From Octopus sinensis (lineage: Eukaryota), in contig NW_021826056.1 in NCBI RefSeq assembly GCF_006345805.1, positions 1 to 13,668 on the forward strand: DNA of 13,668 bases. The letters run 5' to 3'. Every line of letters starts with the position of its first letter. Within the stretch, counting starts at the first letter, position 1. Positions 1 to 10,132 of the stretch are shown piece after piece. The notes beneath the pieces are model-generated. The model was not told where the DNA came from. It did no database searches and saw nothing but the letters and a program-made list of their open reading frames with translations. Position numbers and translations under genes: made by a program.

Positions 1-374
1 ATAATACGAACAGAAATCACTATATCGATATAAATGCGCATATAAATCGACGTTCACACACAAGCTGTTTAAGTGTGAGTATATATATAGATATGTGTAT
101 ATATGCTCATATGTGCGTGTATGTGTATGTGTGTATTTGCATACATATATTTACATATATTAGATGAATGTGTATGTTTGCGTATGACCGTATTTGATGA
201 AGTGTTAATTGCTACATAATTAATAACGATGTTCTGGACATTAGGTAAGGTCAGACCATCAGATCACTGTCTGTAGTTTGTCTCTAACAAATGGCCATTG
301 CTCCATCTTCACAGATAATTACCCCGTCTCCTCCTTGTGCTCCCTGACTGTCAATGGCATTTCTGACTTTCCAA

Positions 375-795
375 CCAGCAGTCGCCCACGCATACCAGCC
401 TCCCCTCTACGCGCCACCGATGTTATCCAAGGGAAAGGCAAAGGGGCCGATACAGCTTGGCACCAGTGACATCGCAGCTCATTTATTAACGTGCAAGTGA
501 CTGAGCACTCCACAGACACGTGTACCCTTAACGTAGTTCTCGGGGAGATTCAGCGTGACACAGAGTGTGACAAGGCCGGCCCTTTGAAATACGGGTACAA
601 CAGAAACAGGAAGAAAGAGTGAAAGAAAGTTGTGGTGAAAGAGTATAGCAGGGTTTGCCACCATCCCCTGCTGTCGCCTCGTGGAGCTTTAGGTGTTTTT
701 GCTCAACAAACACTCACAACGCCTGGTCTGGGGATCAAAACCGCGATCCTACGAACACGAGTCCGCTGCCCTAACCACTGGGCCATTGCGCCTCC
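375..795 (-). mobile_element. tRNA-derived SINE, family A (head GGAGGCGCAATGGCCCAGTGG), long 3' tail variant
   Basis: The minus strand from 795 reads GGAGGCGCAATGGCCCAGTGGTTAGGGCAGCGGACTCG...GGTTTTGATCCCCAGACC (Pol III A and B boxes). The first ~175 nt match the copies at 9498 and 11798. The 3' boundary is approximate. Confidence 0.8.
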
Positions 796-1189
796 ACATT
801 TATATGTATATGTTTGTATGTATACGAGCGTGTATGTGTTAGAAGTAGAAGGGAGAGAGAGGAGATAGATAGATCAAGAGAGAGAGAGAGAGAGACATAT
901 AGTGTGAGAGAAGAGGAGGGAGAGTGAAATGGAAAGACGATGTATGACGATGGAGGCGGTATATAATGACTAAATGACCAGCAGCGAGGACCTAGTTATT
1001 AACTAGGTTCAACGACTCGCGCCAGCAATAAGCGTCAATAAAAAGTTTCAGTAACAATATTTAGTTGTTAAGATCAATATCCAAAGTGTCTTTCTTAGAA
1101 AATCTGTTTCCCAACATGCAATTAACCATTCTTTAATTATGTATTTACAGAAATTATAAAAAATAATCTTAAGGTTGGCGTTAATGCGT

Positions 1190-1435
1190 CTAGCTGTTAG
1201 AATCGCTGTCGCCCGAGGAAATATTCTTAGCGACATTTCTTCCGATATTGCGTTCTGAGTTCAAATGCTGCCAGGGTCAACTTTGCCTTTTATCCTTTCA
1301 GGGTCGATAAAATAAGTACCAGTTACGCACTGGGATCGATATAATCGACTTAATCCGTTTGTCTGTCCTTGTTTGTCCCCTCTGTGTTTAGCCCCTTGTG
1401 GGTAGTAAAGAAATAGGTATTTCGTCTGCCGTTAT
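1190..1435 (+). mobile_element. tRNA-derived SINE, family C (one unit plus the start of a second)
   Basis: Degenerate head, B-box-like GAGTTCAAAT, body GCCTTTTATCCTTTCAGGGTCGATAAAATAAGTACCAG...GTAGTAAAGAAATA, then a restart at GGTATTTCGTCTGCCGTTA. Homologous to the arrays at 3519-4100 and 8255-9300. Confidence 0.85.
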
Positions 1436-1496
1436 GTGTGTGTGTCTGTATGTATTATATATATATATATATATATATATCTATTATATATATATA

Positions 1497-1683
1497 CGCC
1501 ATGATAGATCGTTAGCCACTGCACACATTTTTTTCTCTCCTTGTTTTCTCTGTCCCTTTCTGTAGAAGAGCGTAGGCTCGAAACGTAAAAGACTTTTTCT
1601 ATTCCTGAGCGTTATACTTATACATCTGTTTGTTTTGTACACCACCTGTCTTCGTCTTTTGTTTTTTTTCCGTAAATTCTCCC
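1497..1683 (+). mobile_element. Probable Penelope-like pseudo-LTR remnant inserted in a (TA)n tract
   Basis: Unique ~190-bp segment flanked on both sides by (TA)n and containing a PLE-type minimal hammerhead motif at 1556-1591. Confidence 0.6.
1556..1591 (+). ncRNA. Minimal type I hammerhead ribozyme motif (PLE-type, variant core)
   Basis: CTTT-CTGTAGAA-GAGC(GTAG)GCTC-GAAAC-GTA-AAAG. Stem I CTTT/AAAG, core CUGUAGAA (A6>U plus an extra A), 4-bp stem II, palindromic ACGT stem III, GUA site after 1587. Confidence 0.65.
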
Positions 1684-1798
1684 TGTATATATATATACAC
1701 ACACACACAACATTATGTAAATGGGCGGGCGAGTATTTACCCAGACCTTGTCCATTATCTTCTAACATATGTCTATATTAATATATTTATAAGTGGTA

Positions 1799-1802
<4 letters not shown>

Positions 1803-1838
<36 letters not shown>

Positions 1839-1887
1839 CAGAGACGGAGAGACAGAGAAAGTTTGAAAGATAGAGAAACAGAGAGAG
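1803..1887. repeat. (GA)n microsatellite, degenerate 3' part
   Basis: Direct reading. Confidence 0.95.
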
Positions 1888-2081
1888 TTTCTAAGAAGAC
1901 AAAAGCTTTGGGGGAGTTCCCTGTGTTTATATAAGGCGTTAGACTATAGACGTGCTAAGGTGTGTAATATGAGACCCAAAGCTGTCTGTTTGTCATCCGA
2001 GAAAGTACAGACTTTGCTACCCGTATATTTGCATAAATCAATGTAATTTTCCATATATATGCATATATCTATGTTGATATT

Positions 2082-2328
2082 GGCTCAGGCGTGGCTGTGT
2101 GGATTAGAAGTTTCCTTACTAACCACATGGTTATGGGTTCAGTTCCAATGCGTAGCACTTTGAGCAAGTGTCTTCTACTATAGCTTTACGCCGACCAAAG
2201 ACTTGTGAGTGGATTTGTTAGACGGAAACTAAAAGAAGCCCATCATGTATGTGTGTGGGGGGTGAATACATTTGTGTTAATACCCCACCACCACCACCAC
2301 TTCACAACTGGTGTTGATTTGCTTACAT
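2082..2328 (+). mobile_element. tRNA-derived SINE, family D (3'-truncated, diverged)
   Basis: GGCTCAGGCGTGGCTGTGTGG (A box)...GGGTTCAGTTCC (B box)...TTGAGCAAGTGTCTTCTACTATAGC (CORE-like). Homologous to the minus-strand copy at 6589-6975. Confidence 0.85.
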
Positions 2329-2739
2329 TAAAGGTGATGGCAAGTGAAATAATTTGTGGGGAGGGACTAATTTTTTTTCCTCCGTTACTTAGCCCGTCTG
2401 TAACGCTTTCACATGATTAGTTGAAGGGGAAAGCGAAGAGTGAAAGAGAAAGGAGAGAGAAAAGAGGATAAGGCGAAGAGTGAGAGAAAGAGTCTATAAA
2501 ATTGTGCATAAAATATATAAAATGTATACATAAAGTTCATTAAGTAATCCACGTATTCTAATTTCCTTCATTTTCAATGATTAGCACATGAGTGACTATC
2601 TTTTGATAAAGACACAACACTTTAATTATCAATTCTGGTAAAGAGAAGCAAGGTAAACAGTACGTTATTTGACATTATGGAAACAGACATGTTTCGCTCT
2701 TATTAGCTCTCTTTAGTGACGTATATAATAAATAAATGC

Positions 2740-2983
2740 GCCCTTTTAAAGCCTAGCCAGGCTCATGGGCCCGGTTTCCCGGATTCTATGGCGTATGTGT
2801 TCCCCAGCTGGACGGGATGCCAGTCCATCGCAGCGTTACTCATTTTTGCCTGTTGAGGGGACTGGAGCAACGTGAAATGAAGTGTTTTGCTCAAGAAAAA
2901 CAACACATCGCCCGGTCCAGGAATCGAAACAACAATCTTACGACCATGATTCTGACACCCTAACCACTAAGCCACGCGTCTCC
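2740..2983 (-). mobile_element. tRNA-derived CORE-like SINE, family B, copy 1 of a tandem pair
   Basis: Minus strand GGAGACGCGTGGCTTAGTGGTTAGGG...GTTTCGATTCC, then CORE-like TTCTTGAGCAAAACACTTCATTTCACGTTGCTCCAGTCC and tail CTGCGATGGACTGGCATCCCGTCCAG. Confidence 0.9.
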
Positions 2984-2990
2984 ACATCTA

Positions 2991-3235
2991 GCCCTTTTAC
3001 AAAGCCTAGTCAGGCTCATGGGCCCAGTTTCCCGGTTTCAATGGCGTATGTGTTCCCCAGCTGGACGGGACGCCAGTCCATCGCAGCGTTACTCATTTTT
3101 GCCAGCTGAGTGGACTGGAGCAACGTGAAATGAAGTGTTTTGCTCAAGAACACAACGCGTCGCCCGGTCCAGGAATCGAAACCACAATATTACGACCATG
3201 ATTCTGACACCCTAACCACTAAGCCACGCGCCTCC
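2991..3235 (-). mobile_element. tRNA-derived CORE-like SINE, family B, copy 2 of a tandem pair
   Basis: Closely similar to 2740-2983 and separated from it by only ACATCTA. Confidence 0.9.
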
Positions 3236-3518
3236 ACTTAGTGATACCAATTCGTAGTACCGTCTTAGCGTATGGACACACTTCGCAGTTAGCCCGTGGG
3301 CCCTGGCATCTAAAGGACCTAAAAATGATCTATGCATGTTTTGTCCTCATTGTGGTTTCTCGGTAGGTCACGTGCTGTTTTAATAAGTCGTGCTCATATC
3401 CATATTGCTTTTGATGGCCTGAGCACTCACAAGAGGAGGTCATCCGGTAAATTGAACGGTTGTAGAAGTAGTGTAGTAGTAGTATAGTCAGTAATGTTAT
3501 ATGTTTGGGATGGTTGCC

Positions 3519-4100
3519 AAACACAGAAGAGGAGGGACAAACAAGGACAGACAAACAGGATTAAGTCGATTACATCGACCCCAGTGCGTAACTGGTACTT
3601 AAATTATCGACCCCGAAAGGATGAAAGGCAAAGTCGACCTCTGCGGAATTTGAACTCAGAATGTAACGGCGACGAAATACTTATTTCTTTACTACCCACA
3701 AGGGGCTAAACACAGAGGGGATAAACAAGGAAGACAAACGGATATTATTAAGTAGATTACATCGACCCCAGTGCGTAACTGGTACTTAATTTATCGACCC
3801 CGAAAGGATGAAAGGCAAAGTCGACCTCTGCGGAATTTGAACTCAGAATGTAACGGCAGACGAAATACCTATTTCTTTACTACCCACAAGGGGCTAAACA
3901 CAGAGAGGATAAACAAGGACAGACAAACGGATTAAGTCGATTACGTCGACCCCAGTGCGTAACTGGTACTTAATTTATCGACCCCGAAAGGATGAAAGGC
4001 AAAGTCGACCTCTGCGGAATTTGAACTCAGAACGTAACGGCAGACGAAATACCGCTAAACATTTCGCCCAGCGTGCTAACACTTCTGCCAGCTCGCCGCC
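3519..4100 (-). mobile_element. Family C SINE tandem array: one head plus three ~180-bp units
   Basis: The head GGCGGCGAGCTGGCAGAAGTGTTAGCAC occurs once, at 4100. ATCGACCCCGAAAGGATGAAAGGCAAAGTCGACC recurs three times at about 185-bp spacing. Confidence 0.9.
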
Positions 4101-4289
4101 CTTGTTCTGACAACCCCATTACATTATATATATTCGGAACGATTCTCCAACGTATCTTTGACGATAAAATTTTTCACTTACGCACGAAAACAAATATTAG
4201 GATGACGTAATCAAACAATCATTAATAGTTTATATCAATTAGACAGAGTATACTATCAAATATTAAAATGAAAATATTATAAATTGAGA

Positions 4290-4498
4290 ATATTTTTCTG
4301 AAATATACTTCATTTAATTCGACGTTCATATTTGTTGCTTTATTAATATTGTCAATAATTAAGTTATGCTAATTTAAAATTTCCATGTTTAAACTTACAT
4401 AATTTGAAAGAGTGAAAATGTCCTTTTCAATTTACATAAGTGATTAAATAAACGGAAATACTGCTTAATCAATAAATACGCTCCGTCTTTAAATTAAG
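4290..4498 (-). repeat. Old dispersed repeat, copy 1 (homologous to ~11370-11587); possibly a decayed TE ORF
   Basis: 4321-4360 matches 11397-11436 at 32/40 positions, and similarity continues to a shared TCTTTAAATTAAG. Confidence 0.7.
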
Positions 4499-4521
4499 CG
4501 CCAACAGCGTGCGTTCGTCAA

Positions 4522-4529
4522 TATCTATC

Positions 4530-4569
<40 letters not shown>

Positions 4570-4609
4570 CCTACCTACCTACCTATCTATCTATCTATCT
4601 ACCTACCTA

Positions 4610-4649
<40 letters not shown>

Positions 4650-4730
4650 CCTATCTACTTACCTACCTACCTACCTACCTACCTATATATCTATCTATCT
4701 ACCTACATACCTACCTACCTATATACCTAC

Positions 4731-4761
<31 letters not shown>

Positions 4762-4863
4762 CCTACCTACCTACCTATCTACTACCTACCTATCTATCTA
4801 TCTATCTATCTACCTTCTACCCCTACCTACCTAACTACCTACCTATCTTTCTATCTATCTATC
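4522..4863. repeat. Compound (TATC)n/(TACC)n/(TGTC)n tetranucleotide microsatellite
   Basis: Direct reading. Confidence 0.95.
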
Positions 4864-4869
4864 GATAGA

Positions 4870-5522
4870 CATACATATATTTATATATACGTATGTATAG
4901 GTATATATATATATAATATAATATATATATATATAATAGATATATATATATATATCTAAATAATATATATATATAACATACATACACACGCATACATACA
5001 TATATACATACATGCATGCATATAAGTATATGCAATGTAAGTTGCTTAACTGCTAAAAGCATTCAATAAATTTTCTATGAAAATGTTTTCATTAAAAAGT
5101 TTTGAATTATTGATTCTTTTTATAAAAAAACTTCCCTATACATTAATGTATGTATGTATGTATGTATGTATGTATGTATGTATGTATGTATGTATGTATG
5201 ATCATATTGATCGCATACCTTAATACATTATTACAAACACACACATACGTGTATATATGTACGCATGTTTATGTATGTATGTTCGTTGTAGATATGTATA
5301 TTCGGACATATAAGCACATATATACCGGTTACACACACAAACACACACACACTCATATATATATATACATATATTATGTACACACACACATATATGTATA
5401 TATATATGTGTGTGTATATATGTACGCATATGCATACAGACACATATTATCTCTGCCCAACATACAGACATTCAGATCGCACGAGAAGATACAAATGTAT
5501 TCACAAACACACACACAAACAC

Positions 5523-5556
<34 letters not shown>

Positions 5557-5900
5557 CACACACGCACACACGCACTCGCGCACACATACACACGCACACA
5601 CACATACATATTTATATACATACACACATGCATATCTATGTGTGTGTATTTAAATGTATGTAAGTACGTGTATGTTGTATGTATATATATATATATATAT
5701 AATATAACACATATATATATATATAAGTATATATATACGTATATATATAATACATATATATGTATATATATATATATACATATATATGTATATATATATA
5801 TGTATGTATGTATGTATATATATATACAATATATAATATATATATACACACATGTATATATATATAGTATATATATATATATATGCACACACACGAATGT

Positions 5901-5944
<44 letters not shown>

Positions 5945-5986
5945 ATTAATATATATATATATATATATGCACACACACACACACAC
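4870..5986. repeat. Compound (TA)n/(TATG)n/(CA)n microsatellite field with short unique spacers
   Basis: Direct reading. It explains the Y/I/H/T/C/V-rich ORFs in the track. Confidence 0.95.
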
Positions 5987-6296
5987 GAATATATTAATTC
6001 GGAGTCTATTGTGATAGCAAAATCAATATCTCACCACAGGATATTACATAGATATAATGAACTATCCAAACAATGGACTCTCCCCATAATGGAAGAAGCC
6101 TAGTATCAAAATGACCATATTTTGGTGATTAAACTGTTTGCAAATCGTCAAATACGCATTTAATGACAACGGCGAAGTCATATCGATTGTTATACGGGCT
6201 TTCTGTACGAGTACACTCACAGAAACACGCATAGGGAGAAACTGTTACACTTGCACACATTGGTAGATATATGTGTTCACACCATGTGCCCATGCG

Positions 6297-6322
6297 CCTG
6301 TCTGTCTGTCTGTCTGTCTGTA

Positions 6323-6395
<73 letters not shown>
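6297..6395. repeat. (TCTG)n(TATC)n microsatellite
   Basis: Direct reading. Confidence 0.95.
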
Positions 6396-6588
6396 GTTTC
6401 TCTGTCTGTTTCTATGCTTTGCTTCTCTCTGTTTCTGTCTCTGGTATTTGCATACATTTCTCCTCTTCAGCACCAGAGACCATGAAGATAACCACTCCCG
6501 AACAGATCATGCAATGCACCCACCGGTCTGTTAGGGAAAGCTGCAAACTGATTTATTGTGTTTACACCAGCATGTCTATAGCAAGAAA

Positions 6589-6769
6589 TATTCTTTGTAA
6601 GCCCAGTACTTATTCTATCGGTCTCTTTTGCCGAATCGCTAAATTACGGGGACGTAAGCACACCAGCATCGGTTGTCAAGCGATTGTGGGGGAGACAAAC
6701 ACAGACACAAAAAATATACGCACACACCACCACACACACACACACACCCACACACACACACCACATATA

Positions 6770-6806
<37 letters not shown>

Positions 6807-6975
6807 CATATATACGACGGGTTTCTTTCAGTTTCCGTCTACCAAATGCATCACAAGGCTTTGGTCGGCGCGAGGCTATAGTAGAAGACACTTGCCCAAG
6901 ATGCCACGCAGTGGGACTGAACCCGGAACCATGTGGTTGGTAAGCAAGCTACTTACCACACAGCCACTCCTGCGC
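6589..6975 (-). mobile_element. tRNA-derived SINE, family D, with an internal (TA)n(TG)n microsatellite
   Basis: Minus strand GCGCAGGAGTGGCTGTGTGGTAAG...GGGTTCAGTCCC...CTTGGGCAAGTGTCTTCTACTATAGCC. The microsatellite sits at the same internal position as the short TG run in the 2082 copy. Confidence 0.9.
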
Positions 6976-7495
6976 ATACAAATCTATATATACACATCTC
7001 GACATGCACCTATGCGCACCAAACTCATAGCCAAAGCTGTCTCATACAGTACATTTGTATACGTATACATATACATACGCACACACTTATACACACACGT
7101 TTATATGCATGTGAGTATTACGTATATATGCGTATGTATGTGGACATATACATATTCTTCATGCATCGCTATGCACATTCATGTGTATTTGTGTGTGTGT
7201 GTGTTGTGTGTGTGTGTGTGTGTGTGTGGTGTGATTGAAAATGCGATTATTGTTCTTTTGTATGGCTGTGTTTATGTGTGTATATGTATATGTATATGTA
7301 TATGCTTATTTATGTATGTGTAGATGTGCGCATGCTTACATATGTGTTGCTTACATGTATGTGTAAGCATGTGTACAAACGTGGATATGACTGTGTATAT
7401 ATATATATGTTCGCGCATGTGTGTAAATGACTGCGTGCATGTCAACGGCAGGAAGTATGCCGAAACCCGTGTATATAACACGTACACACATATTC

Positions 7496-7658
7496 CTATT
7501 TCTTTATTACCCACAAGGGGCTAAACATAGAGGGAACAAACAAAGACAGACATAAGTATTAAGTCGATTACATCGACCCCAGTGCGTAAGTGGTACTTAA
7601 TTTATCGACCCCGAAAGGATGAAAGGCAAAGTCGACCTCGGCGGAATTTGAACTCAGA
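7496..7658 (-). mobile_element. Family C SINE, 5'-truncated single unit with a 16-bp TSD
   Basis: Family C body flanked by the direct repeat ACGTACACACATATTC at 7480-7495 and 7659-7674. Confidence 0.9.
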
Positions 7659-8254
7659 ACGTACACACATATTCTAAGGCACCGCCCCCACAGACACACG
7701 CATACGCATACACACAGACACACAGACATTTCTTTATATGCGCGTATATCTTTAAGAGTGTACGAGCACCGATTCGTATATACCAACATGTTTCCTTATG
7801 AGCGTGCATGTGAATATATAATTACATGAGCTTACGAGTGCATACACGCGTGTATGTATATGTCTATGTATCTGTGCAAGTGTGTGAATGCGTGTGTGCA
7901 AAACGTATTTTTAATTATGCTGTTTTTCAGTACAATTCTATATATTTTCTCCATTTATAGGTGGCGCCATCGATAATGTAGCTACTGAAGCATAGTGTTT
8001 CTTTTTGTCAGTAACCTAGCAACGGAAATCTATCGATTTCTCCATCTTTTATTTTTGGTAATTACTTTAATTGATTGCCAGGTTTACAGTGTTAAGATGT
8101 CGCTGTCGTATCGACTTTTACTTTGATTTCCTCTCCTCAAGTGTTCACCTGCGCCTAATTATCTTACCAACAGTACGGCATAACGGACATCTAAGTGTTC
8201 CGATAAGTTCCACTCAAGGTCTTGAATCTGCTTGAATATTATCACACAATCTTT

Positions 8255-9300
8255 GCGAGCTGGCAGAAGCGTTAGCACACCGGGCGAAAAGATTTGTGGT
8301 ATTTCGTCCGCCGCTGCGTTCTGAGTTCACAAATCCGTTTGTGGGTAGTAAAGAAATAGGTATTTCGTCTTTATGTTCTGAGTTCAAATTCCGCCGAGGT
8401 CGACTTTGCCTTTCATCCTTTCGGGGTCGATAAATAAAGTACCAGCTACGGACTGGGGTCGATGTAATCGACTTAATCCGTTTGTCTGTCCTTGTTTGTC
8501 CGTCCTTGTTTGTCCTCTCTGTGGGTAGTAAAGAAATAGAAATAGGTATTTTGTCTGCCGCTACATTTTGAGTTCGAATTCCGCCGAGGTCGACTTTTTC
8601 CTTTCATCCTTTCGGGGCCGTTAAATTAAGTACCAGTTACGCACTGGGGTCGATATAATCGACTTAATCCGTTTGTCTGTCCTTGTTTGTCCTCTCTGTG
8701 TTTAGCCCCTTGTGGGTAGTAAAGAAATAGGTATTTCGTCTTTATGTTCCGAGTTCAAATTCCGCCGAGGTCGACTTCTGCCTTTCATCCTTTCGGGGTC
8801 GATAAATTAAGTACCAGCTACGCACTGGGGTCGATATAATCGACTTAATCCGTTTGTCTGTCCTTGTTCGTCCCCTCTGTGTTTAGCCCCTTGTGGGTAG
8901 TAAAGAAATAGGTATTTCGTCTGACTTTACGCTCTGAGTTCAAATTCCGCCGAGGTCGACTTTTCCCCTCATCCTTTCGGGGTCGATAACTAAAGTACCA
9001 GTTACGGACTGGGGTCGATGTAATCGACTTAATCCGTTTGTCTATCCTTGTTTGTCTGTCTTTGTTTGTCCTCTCTGTGTTTAGCCCCTTGTGGGTGGTA
9101 AAGAAATAGAAATAGGTATTTTGTCTGCCGCTACGTTTTGAGTTCGAATTCCGCCGCGGTCGACTTTTCCCCTCATCCTTTCGGGGTCGATAAATAAAGT
9201 ACCAGTTACGGACTGGGGTCGATGTAATCGACTTAATCCCTTTGTCTGTCCTTGTTTGTCCTCTCTGTGTGTAGCCCCTTGTGGGTAGTAAAGAAATAGG
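8255..9300 (+). mobile_element. Family C SINE tandem array: one head plus six units (the first internally deleted)
   Basis: The head GCGAGCTGGCAGAAGCGTTAGCAC occurs once. Units start at GGTATTT at ~8298, 8359, 8545, 8730, 8911 and 9115, each ending GTA/GGTAAAGAAATA. Confidence 0.92.
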
Positions 9301-9328
9301 TTGTCAGAACCATAGTTCCTGTATTTAG

Positions 9329-9495
9329 TTACTCGGTAAATGCTGCTCTTATGCTGTGCACATTTTCGACGAAACTGATGGCTGGTTTTATTATGCCCGA
9401 TCAGGACAACCACGGAAACTGCCGAAAGAATGAACCAGTTTTTCACCGTTTTTTCGAATACGAACAGGAAAATTACATTGTGTAACAAAATATTT
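9329..9495 (+). pseudogene. Decayed Tc1/mariner transposase N-terminal (HTH/GRPR) fragment
   Basis: Manual translation with one frameshift gives LLGKCCSYAVHIFDETDGWFYYARSGQPRK/TAERMNQFFTVFSNTNRKITL. This resembles the Tc1 pattern F.ETG.....RSGRPRKTT.R.DR.I......NR..T. Confidence 0.45.
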
Positions 9496-9497
9496 GT

Positions 9498-9805
9498 GGA
9501 GGCACATGGCCTAATGGTTAAAGCAGCGGACTCGCGGTCGAGGGATCGCGGGTTCGAATCTCAGACCGGGTGATGTGTGTGTTTATGAGCAAAACACCTA
9601 AGCTCTACGCGGCTCCAGCAGGAGGTAATGGCGAACTTCTGCTGACTCTTTCGCTACAACTTTTTCTCACTCTTCCTGCATCTAGCAGCTCACCTGCGAT
9701 GGAACGGCGTCCCGTCCAGGTGGGGTACCTATACGCCAATGAAACCGGGAAATCGGCCCATTATGAGCCAGGCATGAGCCGAAATGTTGTGGAAACAACA
9801 AACAA
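9498..9805 (+). mobile_element. tRNA-derived SINE with a family A head/body and a family-B-like 3' tail
   Basis: GGAGGCACATGGCCTAATGG (A box), GGGTTCGAATCTC (B box), family A body, then CTGCGATGGAACGGCGTCCCGTCCAG...GAAACCGGGAAATCGGCCCA, which matches the family B tail. Confidence 0.85.
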
Positions 9806-10054
9806 GATGAGGACACGTATTTGTCCAAGGTAAATAATGTACACGCACTATATCTTTGTTTTTTACTCGTTTATTACTGTTAACTCCTGTCCATTGTCCG
9901 GAAATCTTTCGTCACACATCTGTGACCTCTTCAGCGACACATTTCGTTTTCGTGTGTGCTTTTGCTCCACTTACTTCATGCGCATGCGTTTGGGTCCGTG
10001 TTTGTATGTATGTGTGCGTGTGTGTGTGTGTGCATGTATGTGTATGTGTGTGCT

Positions 10055-10104
10055 CTTCATTAGTTTACATTAGTCTTCATTAATATTCATTAGTCTTCAT
10101 TAGA
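10055..10104. repeat. 10-bp minisatellite, five copies (CTTCATTAGT consensus)
   Basis: CTTCATTAGT TTACATTAGT CTTCATTAAT ATTCATTAGT CTTCATTAGA. Confidence 0.85.
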
Positions 10105-10132
10105 TATTTTTAACGTTCTTCTATATCTTTTA

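Noticed and set aside
3330-3554. 74-aa minus-strand ORF in partly unique DNA
   Set aside because: It starts inside a SINE, has no recognisable motif and lacks splice support.
4509-7524. Many long ORFs (up to 216 aa) in the track
   Set aside because: They are translations of (TA)/(CA)/(TATC) microsatellites and SINE sequence, with low complexity and no domain.
8168-8227. 60-nt minus-strand exon (IQDLEWNLSEHLDVRYAVLL) with a GTAAGA donor
   Set aside because: The acceptor lacks a pyrimidine tract and the peptide is not recognisable.
8255-9300. CRISPR array, or HHR-containing retrozyme, as an explanation of the ~180-bp tandem units
   Set aside because: There are no unique spacers and no CUGANGA/GAAA core on either strand, and a tRNA-like head is present.
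9299-9310. GGTTGTCAGAAC next to both large family C arrays (also ~4105-4116, minus strand)
   Set aside because: It lies at the tail of one array and the head of the other, so it is not a TSD. A single 12-mer match may be chance.
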